Shown here piece after piece: positions 27,701 to 39,639 of a stretch of DNA of 64,000 nt. How positions within the stretch are numbered: the first letter of the stretch is position 1; every line of letters starts with the position of its first letter. The notes beneath the pieces are model-generated. The model ran no database searches, was not told the DNA's origin, and saw only the letters and a list, made by a program, of their open reading frames with translations. The translations under genes and the position numbers were made by a program. Source of the stretch: Vitrella brassicaformis CCMP3155 (lineage: Eukaryota > Protista > Chromerida); NCBI GenBank assembly GCA_001179505.1, contig CDMY01000231.1, positions 1 through 64,000 of the forward strand, written 5' to 3'.

Positions 27701-29807
27701 GGCAGGGAGTCTGCAGCCGATGATGATCTTTCGCTCGGACGTGTCTGTCCAGCTGGGGCGGAATCCATACCACTCCTCCTCAATCCGAACGTTGCCCTGA
27801 TGGACAGACACATGCACATACATACACGGTAAATGAATGCAAATCAGACGCGATGCGCACACGTGTCCGTCCGTCGATGCGATGCGTGCATGCATCCTAC
27901 GTTGGTTTCTATCTCTAGAGCGTTGATCGAGAGCACCAGCGGCTCTGCGTCGAGGGATGGCCGGAAGCCGGTGACACACAGGGTGTTCTCGGCCAACCCA
28001 AATGCAGGCAAGAAGGCGCTGTGGCGCACGCCAACCTCCCGAAACGTCTGCACACACACATATATGCACATAGATAGACATGACTGACACATGAGATAGT
28101 GGCCTGGCCATCCATCGGTGGCTCACTCACATCCATGAAGTTCTTGATGGACGAGTATCTGATGGGCTCTGCTCCGCACAGCCAGGACGCCTTGCTGAGG
28201 TCGAGGGACTTCCTAATGTCCTCGGGCGTCTTGCGGCTGACCAGGTCGTAGGCGAAGTTGGGTGCGGCTGTGACCTCGCACTCCCACTTGGTTAGGCCCT
28301 GCAGCCACGACCAGGGCCGCCGCACGAAATCCAGCGGGGACATCATGATCATCTCGCTGCCGAAGAACAACGTGCCACCAACAAGACCAATCAGACCTGA
28401 TGATAAGAAAGGTAAGAAAGGGGAGAGGGAGAGAGAGGGAGAGAGAGAGAGATGAATTGTCGGTTGTGTGTGCTTCATTCAGTTCGTCCATCGTCTCACT
28501 CACTCACTGCATCCATGCATGCCTACCCAGGTCATGATAGACCGGCAGCCAGCTAAACGTGCGTACGTTGTGCCCCAGCACACTCCGTGACTGACTGTGC
28601 CTGTTGTACCAAAATGTCACGAACTCGCGCAACGGGCGATCAAACAGCGGGACGAAGGCCTCCTCGCTGCCGTTGCCCTCCCCTCCGCTGTCCTTCCTGA
28701 GGTCGTGCTTGGTGCGGTGATCGTCTCGCGGGTCCATCCCGAAGGTGGCCGTGCACAGGTGCACGTTGCTAAAAAAGTCACAACACAAGGACATAGACAG
28801 TGCATTCACAGTGAATGCATCCATCCGTCACGGCACGCATCCATCGTGTGCACAGCCTGTTCTCTTACTGGAGGAGGTTTCCGTGTGTGACCGAGACGCC
28901 CTTGGGGTGGTTGGTGGACCCCGACGTGAACTGCAGGAAGGCCACCTGGCTGTGGGGGATGTCGGAGGGGAGAGGGGGGAGGGACGGGCCGTGGCTGTTC
29001 TTGGAGGCCCTGTCGATGAGCTCCTGCGAGCTGGACCACCGCAGCTTGCGCCATTCCTTGCGCACCTCGTCGGTCAGCTCGTTCTCCTTGGCGGCCGGCG
29101 GCTGCGTGTGCGAGTGGCCGTTGGATGCGAGGGGTGCCTGGAGATGGCTGGCGATGGACGAGGAGGGGCGCTGGCTGTGGAGGCTCAGCTTGCAGTTGAG
29201 GCCGTGAAGAATGCGCTGGTAGAAGTTGTTGGTCAGGCACGCCTGCGCCTTGACCGTCGAAGCGATCCGCGTGAAACGGGGAAGGTCCGTGCTCAACTGA
29301 AAGAAAGAACAATGACACACAGACAGACAGACAGACAGACAGACATGAACACACAAACGTGCGGCCACCACCCACCCGAGTGGTCGTATGTATGTGTCCC
29401 TCCCGTGGTGGTTGCCTAGACTGACTGACCTTGGAAGGGTCAGGAGGGTAGACAGGCACGGCGACCACCCCACTGTACAGGCACGCGAAGAAGGCCACGA
29501 CGAAGTCGATGCCCGGGGGGTAGCACAGCAGCACCGACGCAGGCTTGCCATCCTCACCCCGATCCAGCATCTGCAGCAGCTGCCGCCCCAGCGCCTCGGC
29601 CCGCCGATGCAGCTCCTGATAGCTGAGGGCCGACTCCACCGATCCGTCCACCTTGATGAAGCGGACGGCATTGACGGACGGCTGCACACGGGCCCAGTAG
29701 GAGATGATCCGCCGCATTGCGGGACCCTCCTGGGGCACTTCCGTCGGCGCGCCGTCACCACATGGCCACCAGCACTCGTTGACGTAGAAGTCGTAGAGGT
29801 TGGCCAT
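24725..29807 (-). CDS. Fatty acyl-AMP ligase (FAAL)-ACP-thioester reductase-like tridomain protein; R domain degenerate
   Basis: FAAL motifs LLCYPPGIDFVVAFFACLYSGVVAVPVYPP, AFLQFTSGSTNHPKGV, SWLPVYHDLG|LIG, APNFAY, CGAEPI, FGLAENTL, LRTGDTGFL, GRAKDMIIVRGRK, LPKTTSGKLQR. ACP LLDLGLDSIGM. The R-like region has VLVTDATSAVG and GLPWTNW in place of TGxTGFLG and GYxxSKW. Confidence 0.9.
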
Positions 29808-30329
29808 GTGCAGCAAATGGATCCGGACAATCAGACAACGCAATTGACAACGCACTGGCTGACTGACAGCGGGACACCAAAATCAAATCAGCACATATAT
29901 ATTATAAACCGTAACAGACACTAACCAACCCGGTGTCAGTACGGTAGCGACACGTGGATCCAACACATGGCGGCTGGGGAATTTACGCCTCGTGGCTAAG
30001 CTCGCAAAAGGCAGTGATCGACTTTGCCCGCCGGCTGGTGAGCGAGTCAAAAGGAGCCTTGCGCCACGACAAAGGGAAGACTGCACACGACAGGACAGGA
30101 CGGGCCACCGGCAGCACAGATCTCTGCCGCAATTAACGCGTGGATGGATCGGTGATTTTGAAGATGAACTCACTCGTGGGTGCCGTGATTCTCTGCCTCG
30201 TGGCTACTGGTGAGGTCACCGCACACACACACAACCACACGCACATGTGAATGTCTTGTGCATATCCGTGGGTTGATCTGCCTGTCTGTTTGTGATTTGT
30301 GTCATGGTGATCTCAGGTCTGAGTGCCTC

Positions 30330-31265
30330 TCTGCCTGCGGCAGCAGCGTGACACATCAGCCTTCGTCCCCCCCACCCCCTTCGATCAGCGGCAGCAGTGG
30401 CCTGTCCAACGCAGTGGTGCAGACGTGATCTGACCTGTGCCTGGCCAAGCACGGGGCCAGACAGACCCTCTTGATGGCCACCGCCGGCGAGGAGAGCCTC
30501 GGCGCACCGTCGACATGGACAGGCGCAACCAACATCCTAAATCTCCTCCCTCACACTGGGAGCGGTCGACGTGCCCATCCTGCAAGCCGCCAAGCAACAA
30601 GGGCGGCGCGGGCGCCGGTGTGCCGGCGCTTGACAGGACAGAGTGGGCAACCAGGTGACGGTCAAGCAGTGGCTTGCCAGCCACAATGCGGGCGAGAGGG
30701 AGCTCGTCCAGGGAGGGCATCAAGGGTGCGCACAGAGAGAGGGGGTGGGTTGTGGTTGTGGTGGCAGGGGTGGATTGTGTGTGTGGGTGTGCAGGGGATG
30801 CGTACTATCTTGTGACCAACGACGAAGACGAACGTGAAGGACTTGGGCATCAACGCGGTGTGCACGCACCTCGGGTGCGTGCAGTGGTGCCGTGGAACGC
30901 CGCGCAGAACAAGTTCACCTGCCCGTGTCACGGATCCCAATACGACACAAACGGAAAGGTCGGCGAACCACCACCGATGTTTTGATGATGGAGCGTCATG
31001 CAGACATTTGACACGGGTGGATGGGTGTGTGCAGGTTGCGCGTGGCCCCGCCCCTCTGTCGCTCGCCCTGCTCACGTGGAATCCGACGATAAGGGAGGGG
31101 TAAGCCCACCGCACCCACCGCCAGAGAACACACAACACACATGCATGCATGCATGCATGCTCGTGGCTGTGTGTGTGTATGTGTATGTGTGTGCAGATAG
31201 TGTTCAAGGAGTGGAAGAAGAGTGAAGAGGACTTCCACTCCGGCGAGACCCCCTGGTGGTCATAG
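30330..31265 (+). pseudogene. petC: Cytochrome b6f Rieske protein pseudogene (intron-containing)
   Basis: VDMDRRN/NILNLL, PPSNKGGAGAGVPALD, GNQVTVKQWLASHNAGERELVQG, GDAYYLV, GINAVCTHLGCV, VPWNAAQNKFTCPCHGSQYDTNGK, VARGPAPLSLAL, ETPWWS*. These are split over at least five frame changes, some inside exons. Confidence 0.92.
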
Positions 31266-31513
31266 ACGCGCCTTTCATTCCCATTAATGCACACACATAC
31301 ATAGATACATGGCTGCGTACAGTTTCACATGGGCGGAGAGAGCTTGAGAGAGATCGATGGTAGGCAGGCCGGTCGTCGTGTGTCTGTTTGTACAGGGGGT
31401 GGGGGTGGAGGGGGGATGGATGGATGGATGGAACGCTATGCGTGAGTAGCTTTCTGCTGCAGTGAAGTGAATGTATGTATGTGCCTGGGTGACAGACAGG
31501 GGAGGGGGGGGGG

Positions 31514-31813
31514 NNNNNNNNNNNNNNNNNNNNNNNNNNNNNNNNNNNNNNNNNNNNNNNNNNNNNNNNNNNNNNNNNNNNNNNNNNNNNNNNNNNNNNN
31601 NNNNNNNNNNNNNNNNNNNNNNNNNNNNNNNNNNNNNNNNNNNNNNNNNNNNNNNNNNNNNNNNNNNNNNNNNNNNNNNNNNNNNNNNNNNNNNNNNNNN
31701 NNNNNNNNNNNNNNNNNNNNNNNNNNNNNNNNNNNNNNNNNNNNNNNNNNNNNNNNNNNNNNNNNNNNNNNNNNNNNNNNNNNNNNNNNNNNNNNNNNNN
31801 NNNNNNNNNNNNN
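31514..31813. other. Assembly gap (300 N)
   Basis: Run of N flanked by poly-G. Confidence 0.99.
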
Positions 31814-32360
31814 GGGGGGGGGGGGGGATGTGTAAGTGTGTGTCTGACGGCCACCCTGCCTACTCGACTAACGCTCGTGCCATGATGTGCTTGCCGCGTT
31901 GCAACCGACCTTAGTGGCCGAGATCTGCTGAGGTGGCCTCACCCACACCTGATAGCAACCATCCAACAGCAAACATCCATGTGTGTGTGGCCAATGCTTG
32001 GATCTCTCCTTGTGCTCTGTGGGTGCTCTGGCAGCCTGCGTGTACGTATCTACGCTGCCAAACAGACACGGAACACGCACACGCGGAGGGCAGCAGCAAA
32101 CAGGTGGATATGCAATGCGCTGCGAACGACCAACATACGAGCAGGCACTCAACGTGCAATCTCATGGAGCTTCGCCCGTGTAGCATCGTCACACTTAAGC
32201 AGCTTTTCCACCGGGGAGCGACCGGCACTGTGACACCGAACCGCTCTCCCTCTCAACCGCTATCCGACACGGGTGGGTGTCCAGATCTTTCTGGCCTGCG
32301 TGCTGATCCTCGGAAGGACGAGCACGACGGCGAGAGGGTTGGTCTGTTGGTGAGCCGGTG

Positions 32361-35300
32361 ATGGCCGGAGATGCGAAGAAGGGTCTTTGGTGTCGGCTGG
32401 GGGAAGTGAGGGAGGTGTTCCATAGTGTGAAGGAGCGGCTGGTGGATGGGATCAGCGAAGGCTTTTATCGGTACACCTTGTTCGTCTACGACTACCCATG
32501 CTGGGTAAGGAGGCGAAGCAAAGGAGGGTCTCAAGAGGCTGCTTCATGGGTCCCTTGCACATGTGCCCTTTTGTCTGTCTGTCTGTCTGTCTGTGTGTCT
32601 GTGTGTGTGTCAGTTCATCTGGGTGCCTGTGTTGGTGGCTTTGTTTATGGGGGTTGGAATTCTCAACCGAACAGAGGAGTACGGGCCGATGAAACTGTAC
32701 GCTCTCTCTGACTCGCAGGCCATGAAGGTCCGTCCACCAGACAGACACACAGATGTGTGAAGCCCTTTCTCTCCCCTTTGCTGCTGTCCTTTTCTCTGCT
32801 CAATAAGTCAGGATCAGGCCAGGCTGACCGAGCTGTTCGGCAACATGCCGAGGGTGACCTACCTGCTTGTGGAGGGCATTGACGGCCAGAACCTGCTGCA
32901 GCCACACATACTGCGGGCCCTCAACCGTTTGGACCGGCAGGTGGCCAACCTGACCGTCACTGTGGACGGGGTGACGTATGGGTATGAGGACCCACGATAT
33001 GAGTCCGTGTGTGTCAAGGACGGCACCAAGCGGTGTGAGCATGAGAGCGTCGTGCAGCTCTACCCACCCAAGGAGTGGAAGACCGACTATGGCGACGGGA
33101 AGTGAGTGAAGTGAAGAGGGAAACAGAGGGAGGGAGGGAGGGTGGCGGGGACAGGGCATTACACGCACACACGCTGTGCTGGTTGTTATTTGTTTGTCTT
33201 TGTTTGTGTGCGTGTAGCTATGAGGTCGACTTCAACAAGAGCCTCGACTACCCGTACCACTACAGCGTGCGGTTGGACAGCAACTGGTCCCGCGAAAACT
33301 CCTCCAACATCCGTTGGCCCGTCCCCCTTCTCGTCGCTAACGTGACACTCGAACCGGAAGGATGCAACCTCGCCACTGTCAAGACAGGAATCGGAGGCGG
33401 AGGATGCAAGGTCAAAGCCGCTGAAGGTGAGCGAGCCATCGCTCGTAGGCATGCGCATTCGCATCACTCACTGTTCCTCTCTCCACCCCGTGGCGTGTGT
33501 GCAGCCCTGCTGTTCCGGTGGCTGCTGCGTCTTAATGGTTCGGATGACTTTTGGGATCCGGTGTTGCTGGCGTGGGAGCAGGCGTGGCTCGATTTGATGT
33601 GGGAGCAGATGCCGGTGTTCGACGAGATCGGCGTGAGGCTGGTGCGCAACGCCCGGCGGTCAATCGACGACGAGCTCGAGGAGAGCACGCGGCTGGGGCT
33701 GCTCGACTTTGCGCGATACGTCATCGGCGGCATCATCATCTTCTCATACTGCGCCATCGTCAACTTCTCCACCACACCGCACCGATCCAAGTATGCTTGT
33801 ATGTGTGCCGCGGGATGGATGCGTCCACGTGTGTCCCCCCCTCTGTCTGAGTGTTGCAGGTCCCTGCCGGCGTTGTTTGGGTGTTTTGCGGTGCTGTGGG
33901 GGGTGATGTTCTCTGCGGGTCTGTACTACAGCCTGGGGTTCGTGCACGTGCCGCCGATCGAGGCGACCCCTTTCCTCTGCATTGGCATCGGCGTCGACGA
34001 CACGTTCGTCATACTCAACAGCTACGCACTGGCCGTCAAGGTGACCGACCCTAGGGAGCGGGTGGCCGTCGCCATCAAAGACTGCGGTACGTTCTTGGAT
34101 AGATTTGGTGTCGGAGGGAAAGCGTGTCGGTGCAATTGTCTCTGTCTCTCGGCGTGTGTCTGTATGTGTGTGTGTGTGTGTGTGGTGGATTCAGGCATAT
34201 CGATAACGATCACCACTCTGACCAATCTGATTGCCTTTGGTGTGGGTGCGTCGAGCGACTACTTCTCCATCCGGCTCTTCTGCATCATCACCTTCTTGGC
34301 GCTGCTCATGGTCAGCCAGCCTGCCCCACAATAAACACACATATGTATACCCATGCACACACAGAGATGTCCCTGTCTTCCTCGATCCCCTTTCAGAGCT
34401 ACTTCTACGCCCTCACTTTCTTTCTCGCCAGTGTGTGTCTGGACGCCAAGCGTGAGGCGGCCGGCAAGGGGCCTTACCTTGAGACATGGTGCAACACCTG
34501 CAGAAAGAGGAGGCGATCATCCACACCAACACCAACACCAGCACTAAAATTAGCACAACCGCCACCGCCACCAGCTGCTGAAGAACACCACGATCCAGAG
34601 CAGCCACAGCCGGACAGTACCACCGAGCCAGAGCAAGAGCAGGAGCACCATTCGGTGAGCATCTCAGCCGCCCACCCCTCCACCCCCCGCCGCACCTCCC
34701 CCCCTCCCGCCCCCCCTGACACCTTTGAGCTCGCGGCTCTGCAGCTCAAGGTGCAAGAGCTCACCATCAGGCAGAGAAAGGCCAGCACAAGCACCACAAG
34801 CACCACAAGCACCACGAGCAGCTCGCGACAACACGGGTGCAGCAGTGGCGGTTTCTTCGGCGTGCATCTGGGTTACGATGATGGGTGGGACGAGGCGCGG
34901 GACGGCCCCATGGCCGACGTGGTGGAGCCTGTGGGCACTGTTGGGCGGAAGGTGCGGTGGGCGTTCAGGCGCCTCTGGGGCAGATGGGTCACCATCCCTG
35001 CTGTCAAGGTAGACACACATACACACACATAGACACACCAAGGCAGAGGGAAAGATCATCTACCGTCCCTCGCTACATGTGCTTATGCAGGTGGTGACTC
35101 TGCTGTTGTTTGCCGGCTACATTGCCGTGTCTGTGTGGGGCGTGACGCGAATGACGACTGGTTTGGATCTCTTCTGGCTGACGCCTGAGGACTCGTACTA
35201 CAGGGTGTTCTGGAGTCGGTACTTCACCAGCTTCACCTCCTACGGCGAGGACGTCTTTGTAGTCTTCCCAAACCGGCAGGAGTGGTGGAAGAAAGACGTC

Positions 35301-36914
35301 CGGGTGAGTGGCTGGCGCACACGGATCAATCAATGGGAGGACGGCTATAATGCGTTCATGTGCTGCCCTGCCCTGCGTGTGTCCACAGGAGGAGTACATG
35401 GCGTATGAGGATCGGCTACGGAGCAGCAGCTACGCGTCGGACCAGGTCCTCTCGGGTATGTATGAGTTCTACAAATATACCAAGGCCGCCCATGATGGAG
35501 ATATGGACCCACAGGCATTCATCGACACGTAAGCTGTCTGGACTGCAGAGAGGGAGATACACAGACCTCCACACCCAAAGGTGCACACATGCCTCGATGT
35601 GCCCGTTCGCTCACAAACAGGCTGAGGAACTTCCTGAAGTTGCCGATGACCAAGATCCTCGCCAGCGACTTCAAATTCGACGAAGGTGAGATGCACCCCC
35701 ACACACAGCGCTCGAGCACGGCCTCTCACGCCCCCATTTCTGTATGTGTGTATGTGTGTGTGTGTCATGCCAGAGGGCCTGTGTGCCTACAGGTTGCGTT
35801 TTTTCAAGAATCCTGACGTGTCGAGTGCCAAGCTGATGACGCGCAGCCGTGAGGACTGCCACATCGCAGCCGAGGGGCCTGGGGGGCTTGAGTGCTTCCC
35901 CTATGGCGAGTACTTCCCCTATTACGAGCAGGACGTGTCAATCGTGCAGTCGACCAGCCTCAACATGGGATATGCGCTCATCGCTGTGCTCCTGGTGAGT
36001 GGGGGCACCATAGAACGCATACAAGGGGAGATGGCGAGGTGTGTGGGGATGTGTCCATGTGTGTGTGTGTGTGTGTGTATGTTTAGGTGTCGATGTTCCT
36101 GATGCGGGATTGGCAGTGTTGGGTGTTGGTGATGGTGATGCTGGTGACCATCGACGTGGGCCTGTTTGGGTTCTTGGATTTCTGGGACCTGAAGCTCAAT
36201 GGGTTGTCAATGGTCTGCCTCATCATTGGTGTCGGGTTCTCAGTCGACTACACGGTGAGTGAGTGGGGCAAAGAGCTCATCTCACACGTCATTCTTGTCA
36301 CACTGCTCTCTCTCTCTCTCTCTCTCTGTGCTGTGCTGTGCTGGTAAACTTGCTCAGACCCACATGTGCCACACCTTCTCCCACTGTGTCGGGCCCACCC
36401 GCAACCACAGGTATGCAGCGGCCGCGTATGGGAGGAGGGGAATGGATTATGCATTTTGGCTGGTGATGTGTGGTATAGGGTTGCTGAGACGCTGATCCTG
36501 ATGGGCAATCCGCTGCTGCAGGGAGTGTTCTCGACGTTCCTGTCTCTGCTGGTCATCCTCACCATGAGAAGCTTCATATTCGTTATCTTTTTCAGAATGA
36601 TGACTCTTGTAAGCACAAACCACCCAAGACAGACAGACACACACACAATGCTCCGTTTCTCTCTCCCTCCCTGCCTGCCCTCAATCAACCATCAGGTCTT
36701 GTGGATCGGCTTCGGCCACGGGATTATCCTGCTGCCTGTTGTCCTGTCCCTCATCGGCCCAAAGAATGACCCCCACACCCACACCCACACCCACACCGCC
36801 CCTGAGCCAACCAAGACAATCTCGATGTGTGCGAGTGACAACAACAGTCGCGAGGGTGACAGCGGCACCAAAGGGGGGCAGCTGATCTTGGGGCAGCTGA
36901 TTGTGGGGCAGTAG
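32361..36914 (+). CDS. Patched/NPC1-family (RND, sterol-sensing domain) membrane transporter, multi-exon
   Basis: N-terminal TM and luminal loop; SSD with PFLCIGIGVDDTFVIL and GISITITTLTNLIAFGVGA; second half with YFPYYEQ, MVCLIIGVGFSVDYT..HMCHTF, MGNPLLQGVFSTFLSLL, FIFVIFFRMMTL and GHGIILLPVVLSLIGP. Confidence 0.9.
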
Positions 36915-37009
36915 CCGGCGCCGTCTCTCTGGGACACAAGCGAAGGTGACGGCGTGACGACCGAGATCCCGGGCGGCATCCCGACTCTGGGGATGCTCGT
37001 TCGGATAAA

Positions 37010-38332
37010 GTGGCTGTCTGTCTGTCTGTCTCCTGCTGTGTGCGTCCGTCTGTCGTGTCTTTTTTGCGAATCTTGACGTGACGCGCCTGTGGACGCGCCC
37101 TTTTGGGTGCTCTGTCTGTTTCCATGACGTGCCATGATCATGTGTTTCATTATGTGGGGCGCCTCGCGCGGTGTATTTTTGGCGGCCTGTCGTGTGCCGT
37201 GGTCGGATGCACCACATCACATGCGTATCTGTGTGTGGGCGAGGTTGTGTGAAACTGGCGATTTGTGCGTCATTGCATGCGTCGTGGTCGGATGTATTGC
37301 ACACGTGTCTGGTGGGCTGTTGGTGGCTGTCTTTTTGCACCACTTTGCGCGCCGCTCTCCCTTTTTGGTGGCTTGTGTGGCATGGGGGAGGGGAGCTCTA
37401 CTCTGGCAGCTTGAGAGGGGGGGAGTGGTCCGTTTGATGACCATTGCCGCCATTCTGGGTAACGATGAGCGGTGTGCTGTGGGAATGAACAGAAAAGTGC
37501 GTGAGGGCGCTGTAAGCGATACGTGCGGGTAAAGTGGTGACTTCGCTGGCCTCTCGGGTGAAAACTCTCGAGGGGCAGGACGGCAAACCCTGTCCTCTGT
37601 CTGTCTGTCTCTCTGTCTCTGTCTCTGTCTGTCTCTCTCTGTCTGTCTGTGTGCGGCCTGTGGCGTTAGATTGAGCTGATTCTATGCCACTCGGCATTGC
37701 GTGCCTGCGGACATTTTTTCCTTTTTTTGGCGGCCTGTCGTGTGCCGTGGTCGAATGCACCACAGCACATGCGTATCTGTGTGTGGGTGTTGGTGGCTGG
37801 CTATTTGCACGACTGACTTGACGCGCTCTGCTCTGTTCGGCGTATTGTCGTCGTGTGTGGTTTTCGTTGGCCATTGGGACATTCGTTGGGACATTCGTTG
37901 TGATGTCCCAATGGCCAAGGTCGTCAGTTTGTGTGAATGGGAGTCACAGAAACAGACACGAGTGACTGTGTTGACATGGCCAAGGTCGTCAGGTTGTGTG
38001 AATGGGAGTCACAGAAACAGACACGAGTGACTGTATTGACACATCAACAGTTGTGACTCTCGAATCCGTCAGTTGCGATTCCATCCATCTCTTCCACTCA
38101 TTCTGTGTACGTGATTGGTGAATCCAGATAGACGGCGCTTATAGACGACACGGCCGCCTCGAGGCAGGCGTATTCTCTTAGTAGTCTAAGACAGAATGAA
38201 GCACCCGCGTCGCGGCGTCTCGGCCCAACTAAAGCCACATCCCGTACCCCTCTCCTTCCACTAACCTTTCATCCAAACAATCACCACACACACCTACCTT
38301 ACGCCGTGACTGTGGACACAAGGGCCGTCAGG
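37010..38332. repeat. Left arm of a large inverted repeat (includes inverted copies of the ~694-bp unit and a ~66-bp tandem duplication near 37910-38040)
   Basis: Reverse complement of 46222-48660: e.g. CCGTGACTGTGGACACAAGGGCCGTCAGG (~38305) versus CCTGACGGCCCTTGTGTCCACAGTCACGG (~46222), and GAAAACTCTCG (~37560) versus CGAGAGTTTTC in each unit. Confidence 0.85.
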
Positions 38333-38649
38333 AATGCAGGCAGGTATGAGACAACAAGGGTGCATGTGGACGTATTACTGACTCGATTCGCGCGTGGGAC
38401 GTTCCCGACGCTCGGTGCTGGATCCTACATGCTGTGCAATTGCAGGCGGAGGTGAACGCAGCTTAGCTCGACATGCCTCGTCCCGTGATGCTCTGGCGAT
38501 GAGCTGGCAAAGCCGATTGAGGTAAAGAGAAGGCAAATTGACAGAGGGGGCAAACTCCGGATGAGTTGCCCTCCTCCGTCGGGGGGTCGGGACTCGCTCC
38601 GCGTCACCGCGTCGCGAAATGCATGCAAAGCCCCCAAGCTCGCATGAGG

Positions 38650-39100
38650 CCCCCATCATCATGACCATTACACGGACCACTAGACGGAGTCGTCGTTTTA
38701 CCGCGAGCTTTGGCGAGCTTTTGCAGACCTTCCGTGGAAATGTTGCAAACACGCACACCCCCCCACCTCAGGGGCGTCCAGGATCAGCGAAAAAAACGGT
38801 GAAAACACCACTACAGGCAAAGACGAAGCGAAGGGACGCATCGATTACCACAGAAGAAGCATCTAAGCACAAGCAGCAGTCCATAGGACACCCCCACGCC
38901 TCAGTGCCCTCCGACACCAGCAGAAAAGTCGGCAAAAGGAGCACCAGAAGTGGAGCACACAACAACGACACAGCGACAGCCAAGAAAAGTTGCATCCATT
39001 GCCCACACGATTCTCAGCACACCAGCAGCACACAGTAGACCCCCCCACCTCAGGGGCGTCCAGGACGAGCAAAAAAAACGGTGAAAACAGCACCAGAAGC
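38650..39100. repeat. Dispersed repeat related to 15080-15330
   Basis: Shared strings ATCATGACCATTACACGGACCACT, GCTTTGGCGA and CACCTCAGGGGCGTCCAGGA, the last occurring twice here. Confidence 0.6.
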
Positions 39101-39639
39101 GGCGAACACACCAAGACAAACAGAGAGGGAACCAAAGGGACACTGCAGAAGGCACACAGGAGGCCACACACCAGCGAACGAAACCCATAGAGCACGCTTG
39201 GCGCGAGAAGGGCAAAAGAAACGACGAAAAACGCACGCAGAAAGACGCTGCCACACGTCTGCCCCTCAAAGCGCACAAAAAAGGTTGCTTTGAGCACCCA
39301 ATGCCGTCTCAGTAGCCAAACAAACAGTTATTGCAGGCGGAGGCAGAAAGCAACGGTGAGAAAGGGCACTACGAAGCCGTCTCTCCGACTTCTCCCGCTC
39401 TCTCCATAGTGATCTCGCGTCTCTCCAATGCATTCCTTCACATCGTTGCAGCTCTCTCCGCTCTTTTGTCGTCTCTCCACAACATCGTCTCTCCACTACA
39501 CATACAACGCTAGTCAAGAAAGACGATATCGAATGAAAAAGTCTCGAGGCCCCAATTTGGCCCCAATTACGAACACGAACTTCGGGTAAGAGCGTGCCTC
39601 GCTCGCTCAAAGCTCGCGAGTCCCGAATGGCGCCCCTTA

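Noticed and set aside
31130-31165. TGCATGCA runs as ApiAP2-binding sites (also near 24280)
   Set aside because: They occur as (ATGC)n microsatellite inside introns or spacers; cannot be told apart from background.
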